Shown: in pieces, positions 20,818 through 31,293 of the stretch
How positions within the stretch are numbered: the first letter of the stretch is position 1
Layout: each line of letters starts with the position of its first letter
Assembly (NCBI GenBank): GCA_024235035.1
Contig: JACKNE010000016.1
Location: forward strand, 27,403-91,402
Source: Gammaproteobacteria bacterium
GTDB lineage: Bacteria; Pseudomonadota; Gammaproteobacteria; Competibacterales; Competibacteraceae
Direction: 5' to 3'
DNA: 64,000 nucleotides
The notes under the pieces: model-generated
The model's database searches: none
Seen by the model: the letters and a program-made list of their open reading frames with translations, nothing else
Told to the model about the DNA's origin: nothing
Position numbers and translations under genes: made by a program

Positions 20818-21567
20818 TTAGATGACGTGGGCTTCTTTATGTAATTTGTCGACCAGGGCGGCGACGCTATCGACCTTGATGCCAGCCTGGCGCTTGGGTG
20901 GCTCCTGTACCTTGAGCGTAGTTAGACGCGGTTCAGGGTCCACGCCCAAATCTGCCGGCTTCAGTACTTCCAATGGCTTCTTCTTAGCCTTCATGATATT
21001 GGGCAGCTTGACGAAGCGCGGCTCATTCAAGCGCAGATCGGTTGTGACCAGCGCCGGCAATTTCAACGCCACGGTTTCCAGGCCCCCGTCGATTTCACGG
21101 GTGACATTGACCATTCCCTCGCCGACTTCGATCTTGGAGGCGAAAGCGCCTTGTGGCCAACCCAACAGCGCCGCGAGCATTTGGCCGGTTTGATTGGCGT
21201 CGTCATCGATAGCCTGCTTGCCGAGAATGATCAATTCCGGCTTTTCCTTTTCCACCACCGCCTTGAGCAACTTGGCGACCGCCAATGGTTGCAATTCGAT
21301 ATCGGTTTCCACCAGGATGCCCCGGTCAGCGCCCATGGCCAGCGCGGTGCGGATGGTGTCTTGGCAAGCGGGGACGCCCAGCGAGACAGCGACGATTTCC
21401 TTGGCCTTGCCAGCCTCCTGCAGACGCACCGCTTCTTCCACAGCAATTTCATCGAAGGGATTCATAGACATCTTGACATTGGCGGTTTCCACGCCGGAGC
21501 CATCGGCTTTGGCTCGAACCTTGACGTTGTAATCGACTACCCGTTTTACGGCGACTAGAATTTTCAT
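20818..21567 (-). CDS. etfB: electron transfer flavoprotein subunit beta
   Basis: 249 aa, [18 protein letters not shown]...; typical EtfB, directly upstream of etfA. Confidence 0.95.
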   Translation of the reverse strand: MKILVAVKRVVDYNVKVRAKADGSGVETANVKMSMNPFDEIAVEEAVRLQEAGKAKEIVAVSLGVPACQDTIRTALAMGADRGILVETDIELQPLAVAKLLKAVVEKEKPELIILGKQAIDDDANQTGQMLAALLGWPQGAFASKIEVGEGMVNVTREIDGGLETVALKLPALVTTDLRLNEPRFVKLPNIMKAKKKPLEVLKPADLGVDPEPRLTTLKVQEPPKRQAGIKVDSVAALVDKLHKEAHVI

Positions 21568-21788
21568 TGTTGACCTTTATTTGGGGTTGCTCGTGATTTT
21601 GAAATGAACCCACCGGGTTAAACCCTGCTAAGTTATGGTATTTAGTCCCCCTCAGCGATGCAATGTCTTTGTGGTTATGGCGAAGGTTGGTGGTTCCAAC
21701 ATTTCCCACGTCCTTGCTCGGTCGTGTAGGCTATGCCCTGTGTGCATTCACAGCGATGCATCTTGGAATCACTCCAGCGGAGAAATAC

Positions 21789-22247
21789 ATGTATCCCACT
21801 CACGAAGGCTATAACGATACCCTGCACGGTTACTACCTTGAGGATCTCAAGGTTGGTATGAGCGCTTCTCACGCCAAGACGGTGACCGAAACCGATGTCG
21901 TGCTATTCGCAGGTTTGACCGGCGATAATAATCCGATCCACTGCAATGAGGTGTTTGCTACTCAGACGCAGTTCAAAAGCCGGATTGTTCACGGGATGTT
22001 CTGCGCTGGCCTGATTTCCTGCGTGGCCGGTACCCGTCTGCCGGGGCCAGGCTGCGTCTACGTGGACCAACAATTGCGCTTCAAAGCACCCGTGCGAATC
22101 GGCGATACCGTCACGGCGCTTTGCACCATCCAGGAGATTAACCAAGAACGCCGACGGGTCGTCATGAGCACGGTTTGCACCGTTGGCGACAAGGTGGTGG
22201 TCGAGGGGACCGCGATGTTCTTGGTGAGCCGCCGCGCCAAGACTTGA
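21789..22247 (+). CDS. MaoC-like (R)-specific enoyl-CoA hydratase
   Basis: Hot-dog fold motif (FAGLTGDNNPIHCNEVFA...IVHGMF). The start was placed at the internal ATG giving about 152 aa; the upstream extension to 21663 looks non-coding. Confidence 0.8.
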   Translation: MYPTHEGYNDTLHGYYLEDLKVGMSASHAKTVTETDVVLFAGLTGDNNPIHCNEVFATQTQFKSRIVHGMFCAGLISCVAGTRLPGPGCVYVDQQLRFKAPVRIGDTVTALCTIQEINQERRRVVMSTVCTVGDKVVVEGTAMFLVSRRAKT

Positions 22248-22347
22248 AACACCGTCGAATTTTCCAAAGTGTCAAGTTGAAGTCTAACTCATATCCCCTA
22301 CCACTGAATTAGATAATCAAGCTATTGAAATTTAGATGGAGCTGGGG

Positions 22348-25053
22348 TTAATCTTCCATGATCACCCGGAAGCCGGTTAGCCCATCGCGGTCGCTGGGCT
22401 TTCGGGGTAGCCGTTTGGCCGAACGTAGATCGCCGGCGCCATTGTTCCAGGAACCTCCTCGCGCGACTCGTTGACCTTGGTTGGAGCGTTTCGCCGAACA
22501 GCGCTCTTCCTCACCGGCGTAGCGCGGATAGTATTCCGAGCAGGTCCATTCCCAGACATTTCCGGCTACATCGTGCAGTCCCAGCGAGTTGGGTAGATAA
22601 CTGCCAACTTGAGTAGTGACCGATTGGCCATCGTCCAGATTGCCGATGGAGGCGCCGGTTGGATCGTTGCGGTCGGAAAAATTAGCGTAGCGGGGATCGA
22701 TCAGGTCGCCCCAATAATACCGAGTAGTGGTCCCAGCGCGGGCGGCGTATTCCCACTCTGCTTCCGTAGGCAGCCGGAAGCGTTTGCCTGCACCCGATTC
22801 CCAAGTTAACCATTCGGCGAAAGCTTGTGCGTCGTCCCAACTCAGATTGACAGCTGGTTGCGTGTCCGCGTTCAGAGAGCGTCCTTGGAAGGAGCCGCTA
22901 TCGTGCTGAGGTTTGAAGCGCCGGAATTGACTATTGGTCACTTCGGTTTTGCCCATCCAGAAGCCCGCCGGACAGACTCGATGGATAGGCTCGTCGCTGC
23001 CACGGTCTCGCTCGGTCAATGGGCTGCCCATGTTGAAACAGCCGCCTTCGATCCACTTCAATTCCATGCCAACGGTATTGTCAGTAAAAGTTTGGCTAGA
23101 AGTCGTTGAGCGTTGTGCAGAGAGTAGTTCGCTTTGAACCGTAGCCAGCGCTGGGTGTTGACGATCGATCGCTGCCGCTTGATCCAGGGCGCGGTGAGCC
23201 TGATCCCAGGCTCGGCTAGCGATGGCCTTACGCGCTTGATCGATGTATCCGATCAATTCCGTCTCGCGTTGCCGGGCAGCTTCTTGAGCGAGCTGAGCCA
23301 GCTCTTCTTTTTGCTGTTTCTCCAAGGCGGCGATTTCAAGCTGACGTTGTGTTTGGGCAGCTTGATAATACTCATAGGAGAGCAAGCTGATTCCTGAAAG
23401 TCCTGAGATGGCGAACACGCTTAACAATACTCGTTTCCAGTTGACCGATCGGATGCCAGAGGCGGGTTTGGTCAGCTCGGGTACGCTCTCCGGAGCAGTC
23501 GATGGGGTGGTTTGTGGGGCAGCGGCTTCTTCCCCGACGGGATTGGTTCGCGACCGGGGAGATGAGAGCGGTTCCACACGCTCTATGGGGATGCTCGTCG
23601 AGTTTACCCGTTTAGATGAAACTTTCTTCAGGTGTTCCAGTGCTGATTTCGGCGATCGTTTGAGTAAGGATTCCGATGGCTCCTGGGAAGGTTGCTGAGG
23701 CGGTTGTTTGATGAGTGTTGTAGGAGAGGCTTCAGATTCGCTTTTGTCCAGATGCTCCCAGATGTTTTCCAGCATCGGCAGGGATAGATCACTCTCCGTG
23801 GACTGGAGCGGCGCGGACGCTGTCTCGATATCGGTGATTCTTGGAGATGCCGGCGGTTCGATGTGATCCAGGGTCCAATCCAATCCAGATTCAGAGGGTA
23901 AGGAGCGTAATTCACGCCGATCTTCTCGAGGGTCATTGGCGGGCGTTGAGGGATATGAAGGGACTGAGCGCCGTTTTGGTGGTTCCGGAGGGTGCGGCGC
24001 TGACAAGGGGTGATTCGGCCAACGGGTCGATGGCAGCGACGCTCCTGATTGTGGGGCGAGCGGCTCGAAACGCAATGAAGCCGATGACGGCAGATCCAGT
24101 AATTCCGTCTTGATGGGCGGTACGTGTGAGAAATCCGCCTGGCTATTGGACCGATCAGCGGCTTGCAGAGCCTGCCGCATGGCGGGTACGCTTTGAAATC
24201 GGTCTTCAGGACGAACCGCCAATGCTTGGTCGATGACTTGCAAGAGTCCACGCGAATATAAACCGGCGCCAACCTCCACAGCCGGTTGTACTGGGTCCTT
24301 GAGCACCCGGCCAGGCGCTTCAATGGGGGGAGCTCCAGTGATACAGCGGTACATGACGGCGCCGAGAGCGTAGATGTCCGTCCAGGGGCCGTAATCTTCT
24401 CCGACAGTGACGTATTGCTCAATCGGTGAATAACCTGGGGTCACTACGCTGGTCACCCTACGGGTGCGTCGACCCAGTGCTTGTCGGGCGGCGCCGAAGT
24501 CGAGCAGCATGACATGGCCGTCGCGACTGCGGATGTAGAGGTTGCTTGGCTTGAGATCTCGATGCAGGTAGTTCTGGCTGTGAACTGCCTCCAACGCCGG
24601 CATGATATCGTCCAGCAGCCGATGCACTTCGTGTTCGGGAAGGATGCCGCCCCGTTGCAACATGGCGCTGAGCGATTCGCCATCTTCGTATTCCATGACG
24701 ATGTAGGCGCTGCCATTTGCCGAGAAGTAGTCGCGTACCCGCACTACGCCGGGATGGTTCACCTGCACCAGAATCTTCGCTTCGTCCAGGAACCGCTCCA
24801 GACCCCATTGATAACAAGGCGGTTCACCTTGTCGGGCCGGAATCTGTCCTTGGGCGTTGGCGCGAACGGTGGTGCTGTCGTGATCGCGATAAGCCCATTC
24901 TGCCGGGAAGTATTCCTTGATGGCGACTTCGTTTTGCAGGGCTTCATGAATCGCCCGGTAGGTGATGCCAAAACCGCCGGCGCCCAACACCCCTTCGATT
25001 TGATAGCGGTGCAGGTTATAGCCGTTGGGTAGCGCGTTGGTTTCTTCGGTCAT
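22348..25053 (-). CDS. Ser/Thr protein kinase fused to a periplasmic FGE-sulfatase (SUMF1-like) domain
   Basis: 901 aa with, in order:
- a Hanks kinase core (GAGGFGITY, AIKE, HRDLKPSN, DFG);
- a long Pro/Ser-rich linker;
- one TM segment (VLLSVFAISGLSGISLL);
- a coiled-coil region;
- a C-terminal FGE-sulfatase-like domain (RLPTEAEWEYAARAG...GNVWEWT...RGGSW). Confidence 0.85.
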   Translation of the reverse strand: MTEETNALPNGYNLHRYQIEGVLGAGGFGITYRAIHEALQNEVAIKEYFPAEWAYRDHDSTTVRANAQGQIPARQGEPPCYQWGLERFLDEAKILVQVNHPGVVRVRDYFSANGSAYIVMEYEDGESLSAMLQRGGILPEHEVHRLLDDIMPALEAVHSQNYLHRDLKPSNLYIRSRDGHVMLLDFGAARQALGRRTRRVTSVVTPGYSPIEQYVTVGEDYGPWTDIYALGAVMYRCITGAPPIEAPGRVLKDPVQPAVEVGAGLYSRGLLQVIDQALAVRPEDRFQSVPAMRQALQAADRSNSQADFSHVPPIKTELLDLPSSASLRFEPLAPQSGASLPSTRWPNHPLSAPHPPEPPKRRSVPSYPSTPANDPREDRRELRSLPSESGLDWTLDHIEPPASPRITDIETASAPLQSTESDLSLPMLENIWEHLDKSESEASPTTLIKQPPQQPSQEPSESLLKRSPKSALEHLKKVSSKRVNSTSIPIERVEPLSSPRSRTNPVGEEAAAPQTTPSTAPESVPELTKPASGIRSVNWKRVLLSVFAISGLSGISLLSYEYYQAAQTQRQLEIAALEKQQKEELAQLAQEAARQRETELIGYIDQARKAIASRAWDQAHRALDQAAAIDRQHPALATVQSELLSAQRSTTSSQTFTDNTVGMELKWIEGGCFNMGSPLTERDRGSDEPIHRVCPAGFWMGKTEVTNSQFRRFKPQHDSGSFQGRSLNADTQPAVNLSWDDAQAFAEWLTWESGAGKRFRLPTEAEWEYAARAGTTTRYYWGDLIDPRYANFSDRNDPTGASIGNLDDGQSVTTQVGSYLPNSLGLHDVAGNVWEWTCSEYYPRYAGEEERCSAKRSNQGQRVARGGSWNNGAGDLRSAKRLPRKPSDRDGLTGFRVIMED

Positions 25054-25116
25054 CGGGCTGCCCTTTGCAGTAGACGATTCTGGCGCAATCGGGATGGCGG
25101 TGGAGCGGCGGTTAAC

Positions 25117-25959
25117 TTATGAACGGCGATCGCGGTTGAACAGCGATGTCAAACCTGCCGGCAGCCAATTGAGCCAGCGTGGAGGATCGCTTATAACATC
25201 TGGATCGGTTCGTAACAGTACCAGCGTCGCGTTGTCAGCATCTGCACCACCACGCTGCGCGGCTGTTTCAACCAGTCGATGGGCCGCTGCCTCTGGGCCG
25301 TGATCCAGCGTGATCGTCCAGATCTCGGTTTCGGTGACATGCTCCCAAACACCATCTGAACAAAGCGCTAGTAGATCGCCCGGCTGGATGGTCAAATCAC
25401 CTTGATCGGATCGAGGTGATTCATCGCCGCCTAGGCAGCGGTAAAGGCGGTTCTGCGCCGGATGCATACCCATCTGAGACTCCTCGATTTCGCCGAGATC
25501 GGTTAGCAATTGCACCACGGAGTGATCGCGGGTGCGCATCACCCGGTGACCCTGCCGGAAGTGATAGAGTCGGCTGTCGCCAATGTTCAGCCAGTAAGCT
25601 CGGGTGGGCGCCAGCCAAACCATGATCAGCGTACTGCGAGCGGTTTCCGACCGGCGGTTGATCGTTTCGTGCATCTGTTGGCACAACTGCTCAAGAGCCG
25701 TGGAAGGATCGGTTTGCAAGGACGCAGGTGGATTCAGGACGAAATTCTGGGCCGTGTCGATGACAATTTGCGCACCTAGTGCTCCATCCAGGTGCCCCCC
25801 CATGCCATCCGCCACGATCGCCAGTAGTCCTGCTGGGTTGTGCGATTGAAAAAGGCCCCAGCGATCCTGTTGTTCGTGACGTCCTCCCTGATGGCTGGCG
25901 GCTCCCTGTTCCCAGGGAGTGGATGGACTGGATGGTTGGATGGAGGACTTCAAGGACAC
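25117..25959 (-). CDS. PP2C-family Ser/Thr phosphatase
   Basis: 280 aa with the PP2C motifs (QQDRWG, AIVADGMGGH, NIGDSRLY, LALCSDGVWE). Lies directly upstream of, and co-oriented with, the kinase. Confidence 0.85.
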   Translation of the reverse strand: MSLKSSIQPSSPSTPWEQGAASHQGGRHEQQDRWGLFQSHNPAGLLAIVADGMGGHLDGALGAQIVIDTAQNFVLNPPASLQTDPSTALEQLCQQMHETINRRSETARSTLIMVWLAPTRAYWLNIGDSRLYHFRQGHRVMRTRDHSVVQLLTDLGEIEESQMGMHPAQNRLYRCLGGDESPRSDQGDLTIQPGDLLALCSDGVWEHVTETEIWTITLDHGPEAAAHRLVETAAQRGGADADNATLVLLRTDPDVISDPPRWLNWLPAGLTSLFNRDRRS

Positions 25960-26200
25960 GAGGTGAAACCTGTGGTTATTTGCTTCATGATCGATAGGGT
26001 TTTGTGGGTTCGGCGTCAGCTGGGCGTCGGGCTTCGTTCGCTGTCGGGCGAACCCACCTCAAATCGGGAATCAGCCATGCAGCCAGCGGCGTTTTGTTCT
26101 TTCCATCCGCCATTATGTAACCGCTGGTTGTGGATAGACAATCCAAATTCAACCACGATGGACGATTCTGGCTGGGAAATCCCGTGAACATGCGGATAAC

Positions 26201-26671
26201 CTACAACAGTTTAAGTATTTCCTCCGCATGGTTGGCGCAGTCGGGTTTGTCGATGATGTGTGCAATATGGCCGCTCTCATCGATGATGTAAGTGATGCGG
26301 TTGGCGACACCGAACAGACTGGTTGCCGTCCCAGTCAACCCTCCCCCGCCCATGGCGCCATAGGCGCGGCTGACCACGCCGTCGGTATCGGCGATCAGCG
26401 GAAAGCTGATATTGTGCTTTTCAGTGAAGCGTTGGTGGGAAGCGACATCCTGGGTGGAAACCCCAAGAATGGCCGCATCCTTGTCTTGGATTTCCTGATA
26501 GTGGTCGCGCAGGGAGCAAGCTTGTTTCGTGCAACCTGGGGTGTCGTCCATCGGATAAAAGTACAGCACCAGTTTCCGACCAAAATAATCGGATAGCTTG
26601 ATCATGCTGTTATCGGTCGTCGTCGCGGTGAACTGGGGGGCGGGATCGCCTATTTTTAATTTCATGGTCAT
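26201..26671 (-). CDS. bcp: thiol peroxidase / peroxiredoxin Bcp
   Basis: 156 aa with the motif LVLYFYPMDDTPGCTKQAC. Confidence 0.9.
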   Translation of the reverse strand: MTMKLKIGDPAPQFTATTTDNSMIKLSDYFGRKLVLYFYPMDDTPGCTKQACSLRDHYQEIQDKDAAILGVSTQDVASHQRFTEKHNISFPLIADTDGVVSRAYGAMGGGGLTGTATSLFGVANRITYIIDESGHIAHIIDKPDCANHAEEILKLL

Positions 26672-26761
26672 GGCTCTTCTCTCACGGGTGGCGTCAAAAA
26701 GATGCTCGGGTTTGTTGCTTCAGGGTTCCGCCATGCGGACGTTGGGGAATCCTGAACTGGA

Positions 26762-28747
26762 TTACCAGTAAATACCTCGTGTGAACTGTGCAAAGGAGAT
26801 TTGTTCCAGGGAAGGCTCCTGGGCATCGGGAAGCGGCCCCTTGGCCGCGGCTGATTCGGGGAACAACCGGAATGCGGTGTTCATAATCACCGCATACACT
26901 TTCGGCGCTAGGGCATGCAGCACCTGGGCAAAGACGCCGATTCGAGTGGCGATCCGCTCCGGCTTATAGATGATCGCCTGTACGATCAAGTCCGCCGCCT
27001 CATCTGGGCTGAGCGTTGGTACGTGTTGATAGATTTTGGTCGGCGCGATCATCGGGGTGCGCACCAGCGGCATGTTGATGGTGGTGAATTCGATGCCACT
27101 GTCGGAAAATTCGGCAGCCGCGCAACGGGCGAAAGCATCCAACGCTGCTTTGGAGGCGACGTAGGCTGAGAAGCGCGGCGCATTGCTAAGTACGCCGATC
27201 GAGGAAATATTGATGATATGCCCACGTTTCTTGGTCATCATGCCGGGGATGAAACCCATGATCAGCCGCAGCGCGCCGAAGTAATTGAGTTGCATGGTGC
27301 GCTCGTAGTCGTGGAAGCGATCCAGCGAATTCTCGATGGCGCGGCGGATGGAACGCCCTGCATTGTTGACCAGAATATCCACCTCGCCGTGTTCGTCCAG
27401 CACCCGCTGAATCAGCATATCGCAGGAAGCGACGTCGGCCACGTCAGCGGCATAGATGTGCGTAGTCCCGCCATGTTCCTGAATTTCCCGCTGAGTTTCG
27501 AGCAGATTCTCTTCAGTACGAGCGACGATGATCGTCTTAGCGCCGGCCTCGGCGATTTTGAGAGCGGCGGCTTTACCAATGCCGGAAGAAGCACCGGTAA
27601 TCAGTACAACCTTGCCTTTCACCGCTCCGCTCAAACTGTGGTCGATGAACAGATCCGGGTCGAGGTGGCGCTCCCAGTAATCCCATAGCTTCCAGGCGTA
27701 AGTCTCCAAGGGAGGGACGGCGATAGCCGTGCCCTGCAAAACCTTGAGCGTCTCGCGGCAGTCGAAGCGCGTGGGATAATTGATCAAACTTAGCACATCG
27801 GATGGAATACCAAGATCCCTGAGGATCTGATCCTTGATGCGTCGCACTGGTTTCAATTGGGACAATCCGGATTTGATGATCTCCGGTACGAAGGCAAACA
27901 TCAGCGCATTGAATCGCAGCGTCATTTCCGGCGCATGGGCGGCGCGAGCGAACAGATTGAGGATATCGCCCACCCGATGTGGCTTCGGGTCCACTAGGTG
28001 GAAGCATTGGCTGTCCAGACCGGGTTGGTGAGCGATGTAGTCCATGGCGTCGACGACAAAATTGACCGGCACCAAGTTCAGCCGACCGCCTTCGATGCCG
28101 ATCATCGGCATCCAGGGCGGCAGCAGGTTACGCAGCTTCTGAATCAGTTTGAAAAAGTAGTAGGGGCCGTCGATCTTGTCCATCTCGCCTGTGCGTGAGT
28201 CGCCGACCACCGCACCCGGTCGGTAGATCCGCCAAGCGCGCGTGTATTCGCGACGAACGATTCCTTCCGATTCGTGTTTGGTGCGATAGTAGGGATTGTC
28301 GAGCACCTCAGCTTCTTCGAACATATCTTCGCGGAAGACACCCTCATACAGGCCAGCGGCGGCGATGGAACTGGTCAGATGCAAGCAGCCGGTTTCGATC
28401 GCTTCGGCAAAGGCGACGACATTGCGGGTACCCTGGATATTGACGGTTTCTTGGAGCTCGGCACTGGCCTTGAGATCGTAAATGGCTGCAAGATGGAAAA
28501 GATGGTCGATGTGGCCCTTGAGTCGGGCAAGGTCGTGGTCCGATACGCCCAGTTGCGGTTGTGTCAGGTCGCCGATGATCGGTACCGTGCGGTCGGCATC
28601 CAGGCCCCAACGCTTGCGCAATGTCTCGATCATCGGTAACTGGCGCTCCAGTAGCAAATAATAAACGGTGCTGTCCTGGCGTTGCAGCAGTTTCTCGACG
28701 AGGCGTCGACCGATGAACCCGGAAGCACCGGTAACAAGGTAATTCAT
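26762..28747 (-). CDS. two-domain fatty acyl-CoA / aldehyde reductase (N-terminal thioester-reductase-like NAD(P) domain plus C-terminal SDR)
   Basis: 661 aa with an N-terminal Rossmann motif (VTGASGFIGRRL). A second Rossmann/SDR module follows (VLITGASSGIGKA...YVASKAAL). From memory, this matches the architecture and size of the Marinobacter wax-ester fatty acyl-CoA reductase. Confidence 0.7.
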   Translation of the reverse strand: MNYLVTGASGFIGRRLVEKLLQRQDSTVYYLLLERQLPMIETLRKRWGLDADRTVPIIGDLTQPQLGVSDHDLARLKGHIDHLFHLAAIYDLKASAELQETVNIQGTRNVVAFAEAIETGCLHLTSSIAAAGLYEGVFREDMFEEAEVLDNPYYRTKHESEGIVRREYTRAWRIYRPGAVVGDSRTGEMDKIDGPYYFFKLIQKLRNLLPPWMPMIGIEGGRLNLVPVNFVVDAMDYIAHQPGLDSQCFHLVDPKPHRVGDILNLFARAAHAPEMTLRFNALMFAFVPEIIKSGLSQLKPVRRIKDQILRDLGIPSDVLSLINYPTRFDCRETLKVLQGTAIAVPPLETYAWKLWDYWERHLDPDLFIDHSLSGAVKGKVVLITGASSGIGKAAALKIAEAGAKTIIVARTEENLLETQREIQEHGGTTHIYAADVADVASCDMLIQRVLDEHGEVDILVNNAGRSIRRAIENSLDRFHDYERTMQLNYFGALRLIMGFIPGMMTKKRGHIINISSIGVLSNAPRFSAYVASKAALDAFARCAAAEFSDSGIEFTTINMPLVRTPMIAPTKIYQHVPTLSPDEAADLIVQAIIYKPERIATRIGVFAQVLHALAPKVYAVIMNTAFRLFPESAAAKGPLPDAQEPSLEQISFAQFTRGIYW

Positions 28748-28982
28748 AGCGTTGAGGCTCCACAGGCGTGGTATTTTCAGTGAGCATTCAATAATTATAG
28801 ATTTCGAGATGCCGAAAATCTTTACTCGGCGAATCGCCGGCGTTTCATCGATTGAGAGATTGTCGATGAGCAGTGGACAAATCGTCGTATTAGCCGTTGC
28901 TCCCGCGCTGGTGTCTAGCTTGGCGACACTAGTGGTGGGTTGGTACGGTTCTGCGACGATTCGCGAGGCGCTTGCAAGCCTG

Positions 28983-29901
28983 TCAGAGGGGTTTTTCCAC
29001 CAGGCGTAAAAACAGTTCTTCTAACCGGTTAGTCTTGTTACGCAGGCTGGATATCTCAATGCCCCGTGTTGATAACTGCTGAAACAGAGCGTTTACGCCC
29101 TGTTCCCTGGTAACATCGACCTCCAGGGTAAAGTCATCCAGTCGGCGTAGCGGATAACCGGGGATGTCGGGTGCTTTGGGCAACGGTTGCATGAGATTGA
29201 GGACGAAGGTTTCCAGGTGCAGGCGATTGAGCAGGGTCTGCATCCGTGTGTTTTCGATGATCTGGCCTTGATCGATGATGGCGATGTGCCGGCACAGGCT
29301 TTCCGCTTCTTCCAGATAGTGTGTGGTGAGGATGATCGTCACCCCACGAGTATTGATCTCACGCAGAAAATCCCACATCGAGCGCCGGATTTCGATATCC
29401 ACCCCAGCGGTTGGCTCGTCGAGAATCAGCAATTTCGGTTCATGCACCAGCGCCCGAGCGATCATCAGTCGCCGCTTCATGCCACCCGACAACTCGCGCG
29501 CCATCTGCTTAGCGCTTGTCCCACAGGCCGAGCTGTTTGAGGTACGTCTCGGCGCGTTGATGGGCCAAATGACGGGTAAGCCATAATAGCCGGCCTGATT
29601 GATCACAATTCCGCGACCGGTTCGAACTGATTGAAGTTGAATTCCTGTGGCACCAGGCCAATGCAGCGTTTGGCGGCGGATAATTCGCGGTCGAGATCGA
29701 AGCCAAATATCCCGCGGTGCCCCCGTCTTGCGCACCAGTGAACAGATGATGCCAATCGTGGTCGATTTGCTAGCGCCATTCGGGGCCGAGCAGGGCGAAG
29801 AATTCGCCTTCCGCGACGTCTAGATCGATGCCGCGCAACGCTTCGAAGCCATTCGCGTAGGTTTTGCGTAAATCACGCAGGGTCAAGGCCGGAGTGGTCA
29901 T
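28983..29901 (-). pseudogene. ABC-2-type transporter ATP-binding protein, multiply frameshifted
   Basis: From the ATG at 29901 the reading is MTTPALTLRDLRKTYANGFEALRGIDLDVAEGEFFALLGP. An extra C then shifts the Walker A sequence (GPNGASKST) out of frame. Further segments lie in three different frames: FGFDLDRELSAAKRCIGLVPQEFNFNQFEPV, EIVINQAGYYGL and RHLAHQRAETYLKQLGLWDKR. The intact 3' half follows (LSGGMKRRL, LLILDEPTAGVD). No partner permease gene is present downstream. Confidence 0.8.
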
Positions 29902-30076
29902 ACATGGAATTCCGTCATTGGAGCAACTAATCTTCTTTGCTTATCTGGTAGAAATGCGCTACGAGGGGATCGAGCATGGCAGACGAGAACGATCAGAACG
30001 AACCCGATATTACCCCACTTGCAAAACCGAGTTTAGTCCAACATCGCATTCTGACCCGGAGGCAGCGAAGTTGCCA

Positions 30077-31264
30077 ATGAGCGGTGTCCGCGTCATCGAT
30101 CTAGGCACCTTCCTGGCTGGCCCTTATGCTGCATCGATTTTGGGCGAATTTGGCGCTGAAGTCTTCAAGGTCGAGCATCCGATTGCAAGCGACCCGATGC
30201 GGCGTTTCGGCACGGCGACCAAGCGTCACGACGCGACCCTGGCCTGGCTTAGCGAAGCTCGCAACAAGAAGTCGGTCACCATCGATCTGCGCCAGAAAGA
30301 AGGGGTGCAACTGTTCCTACGCTTGATCGAGAAATCCGATGTGTTGATTGAAAATTTCCGACCTGGGACGATGGAGGAATGGGGCCTCGGTTGGCAAGAG
30401 TTGAGTGCAGCCAATCCTGGTTTGATTTATTTACGCGTGTCGGGCTATGGGCAAACCGGGCCTTATCGCCGTCGTTCCGGTTTCGCCCACATCGCCCATG
30501 CGTTCGGTGGGCTGTCTTATCTCGCTGGATTTCCTGGAGAAACGCCGGTCGTGCCGGGTACCGCCCCGCTGGGCGACTATATGTCGAGCGTTTATGGCGC
30601 GATTGGCATTCTGCTGGCGCTGCGTCACCGGGAAAAAACCGGGCGCGGCCAGATCGTCGATATCGGTATCTATGAGGCAGTGTTCCGGCAACTGGATGAG
30701 ATCGCCGCTTCGTATGGGTTATTCGGCAAAGTGCGCGAACGAGAAGGCTCTGGAAGTTTCGTCGCAGTGCCGCATGGTCATTTTCGAACCAAGGACGACA
30801 AATGGATTGCCATTGCCTGCACGACGGACAAGATGTTCGAACGGCTCGCCGAGGCGATGGAACATCCAGAACTGGCCTCTTCCAGTCTGTATGGTCCGCA
30901 GCGTCAGCGACTGGCCGCCCGCGACGAGGTCAACCGACTAGTCATCGAATGGGTCGGGTCCCTGGTCCGGACTGAAGTGTTGGAGCGCTGCCTGAATTGC
31001 GAAGTGCCGGTCGGCAAGGTGAATAGCATCGCCGATATTTTCGAGGACGAGCATTTTCAGGCGCGCGGCAATCTGGCGCAGATCCATGAGGAAGGACTGG
31101 GTGAGGTGGTGGTGCCTAATGTGGTGCCGACACTGTCAGCAACGCCAGGGCGCATCACCAATCTAGGCCCAGCTTTGGGCAATGCGACTTACGAGGTGAT
31201 GCGGGAGTTGCTGGGGATTGCCGCCGACGACATCAAGCGGCTTCGGCAGCGCAAGATCATCTAA
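30077..31264 (+). CDS. class III (CaiB/BaiF) CoA-transferase, copy 1
   Basis: The start is placed at [29 protein letters not shown] (the ORF is open from 29864). About 395 aa with the typical family III N-terminus and an internal Asp region. Confidence 0.85.
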   Translation: MSGVRVIDLGTFLAGPYAASILGEFGAEVFKVEHPIASDPMRRFGTATKRHDATLAWLSEARNKKSVTIDLRQKEGVQLFLRLIEKSDVLIENFRPGTMEEWGLGWQELSAANPGLIYLRVSGYGQTGPYRRRSGFAHIAHAFGGLSYLAGFPGETPVVPGTAPLGDYMSSVYGAIGILLALRHREKTGRGQIVDIGIYEAVFRQLDEIAASYGLFGKVREREGSGSFVAVPHGHFRTKDDKWIAIACTTDKMFERLAEAMEHPELASSSLYGPQRQRLAARDEVNRLVIEWVGSLVRTEVLERCLNCEVPVGKVNSIADIFEDEHFQARGNLAQIHEEGLGEVVVPNVVPTLSATPGRITNLGPALGNATYEVMRELLGIAADDIKRLRQRKII

Positions 31265-31293
31265 TCCTGACTGGGCGGCGAGGGCAACTAAAG

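Noticed and set aside
22348-25959. PpkA/PppA-type type VI secretion regulators
   Set aside because: The window has no T6SS structural genes and no FHA protein, and the kinase has an FGE-like rather than a vWA-type extracellular domain.
28752-29009. 85-aa plus-strand ORF with a hydrophobic segment, between the reductase gene and the ABC pseudogene
   Set aside because: It has no SD, overlaps the 3' end of the ABC pseudogene and matches no family. It is possibly meaningless. It also does not look like a remnant of the missing permease, which would lie on the other strand.
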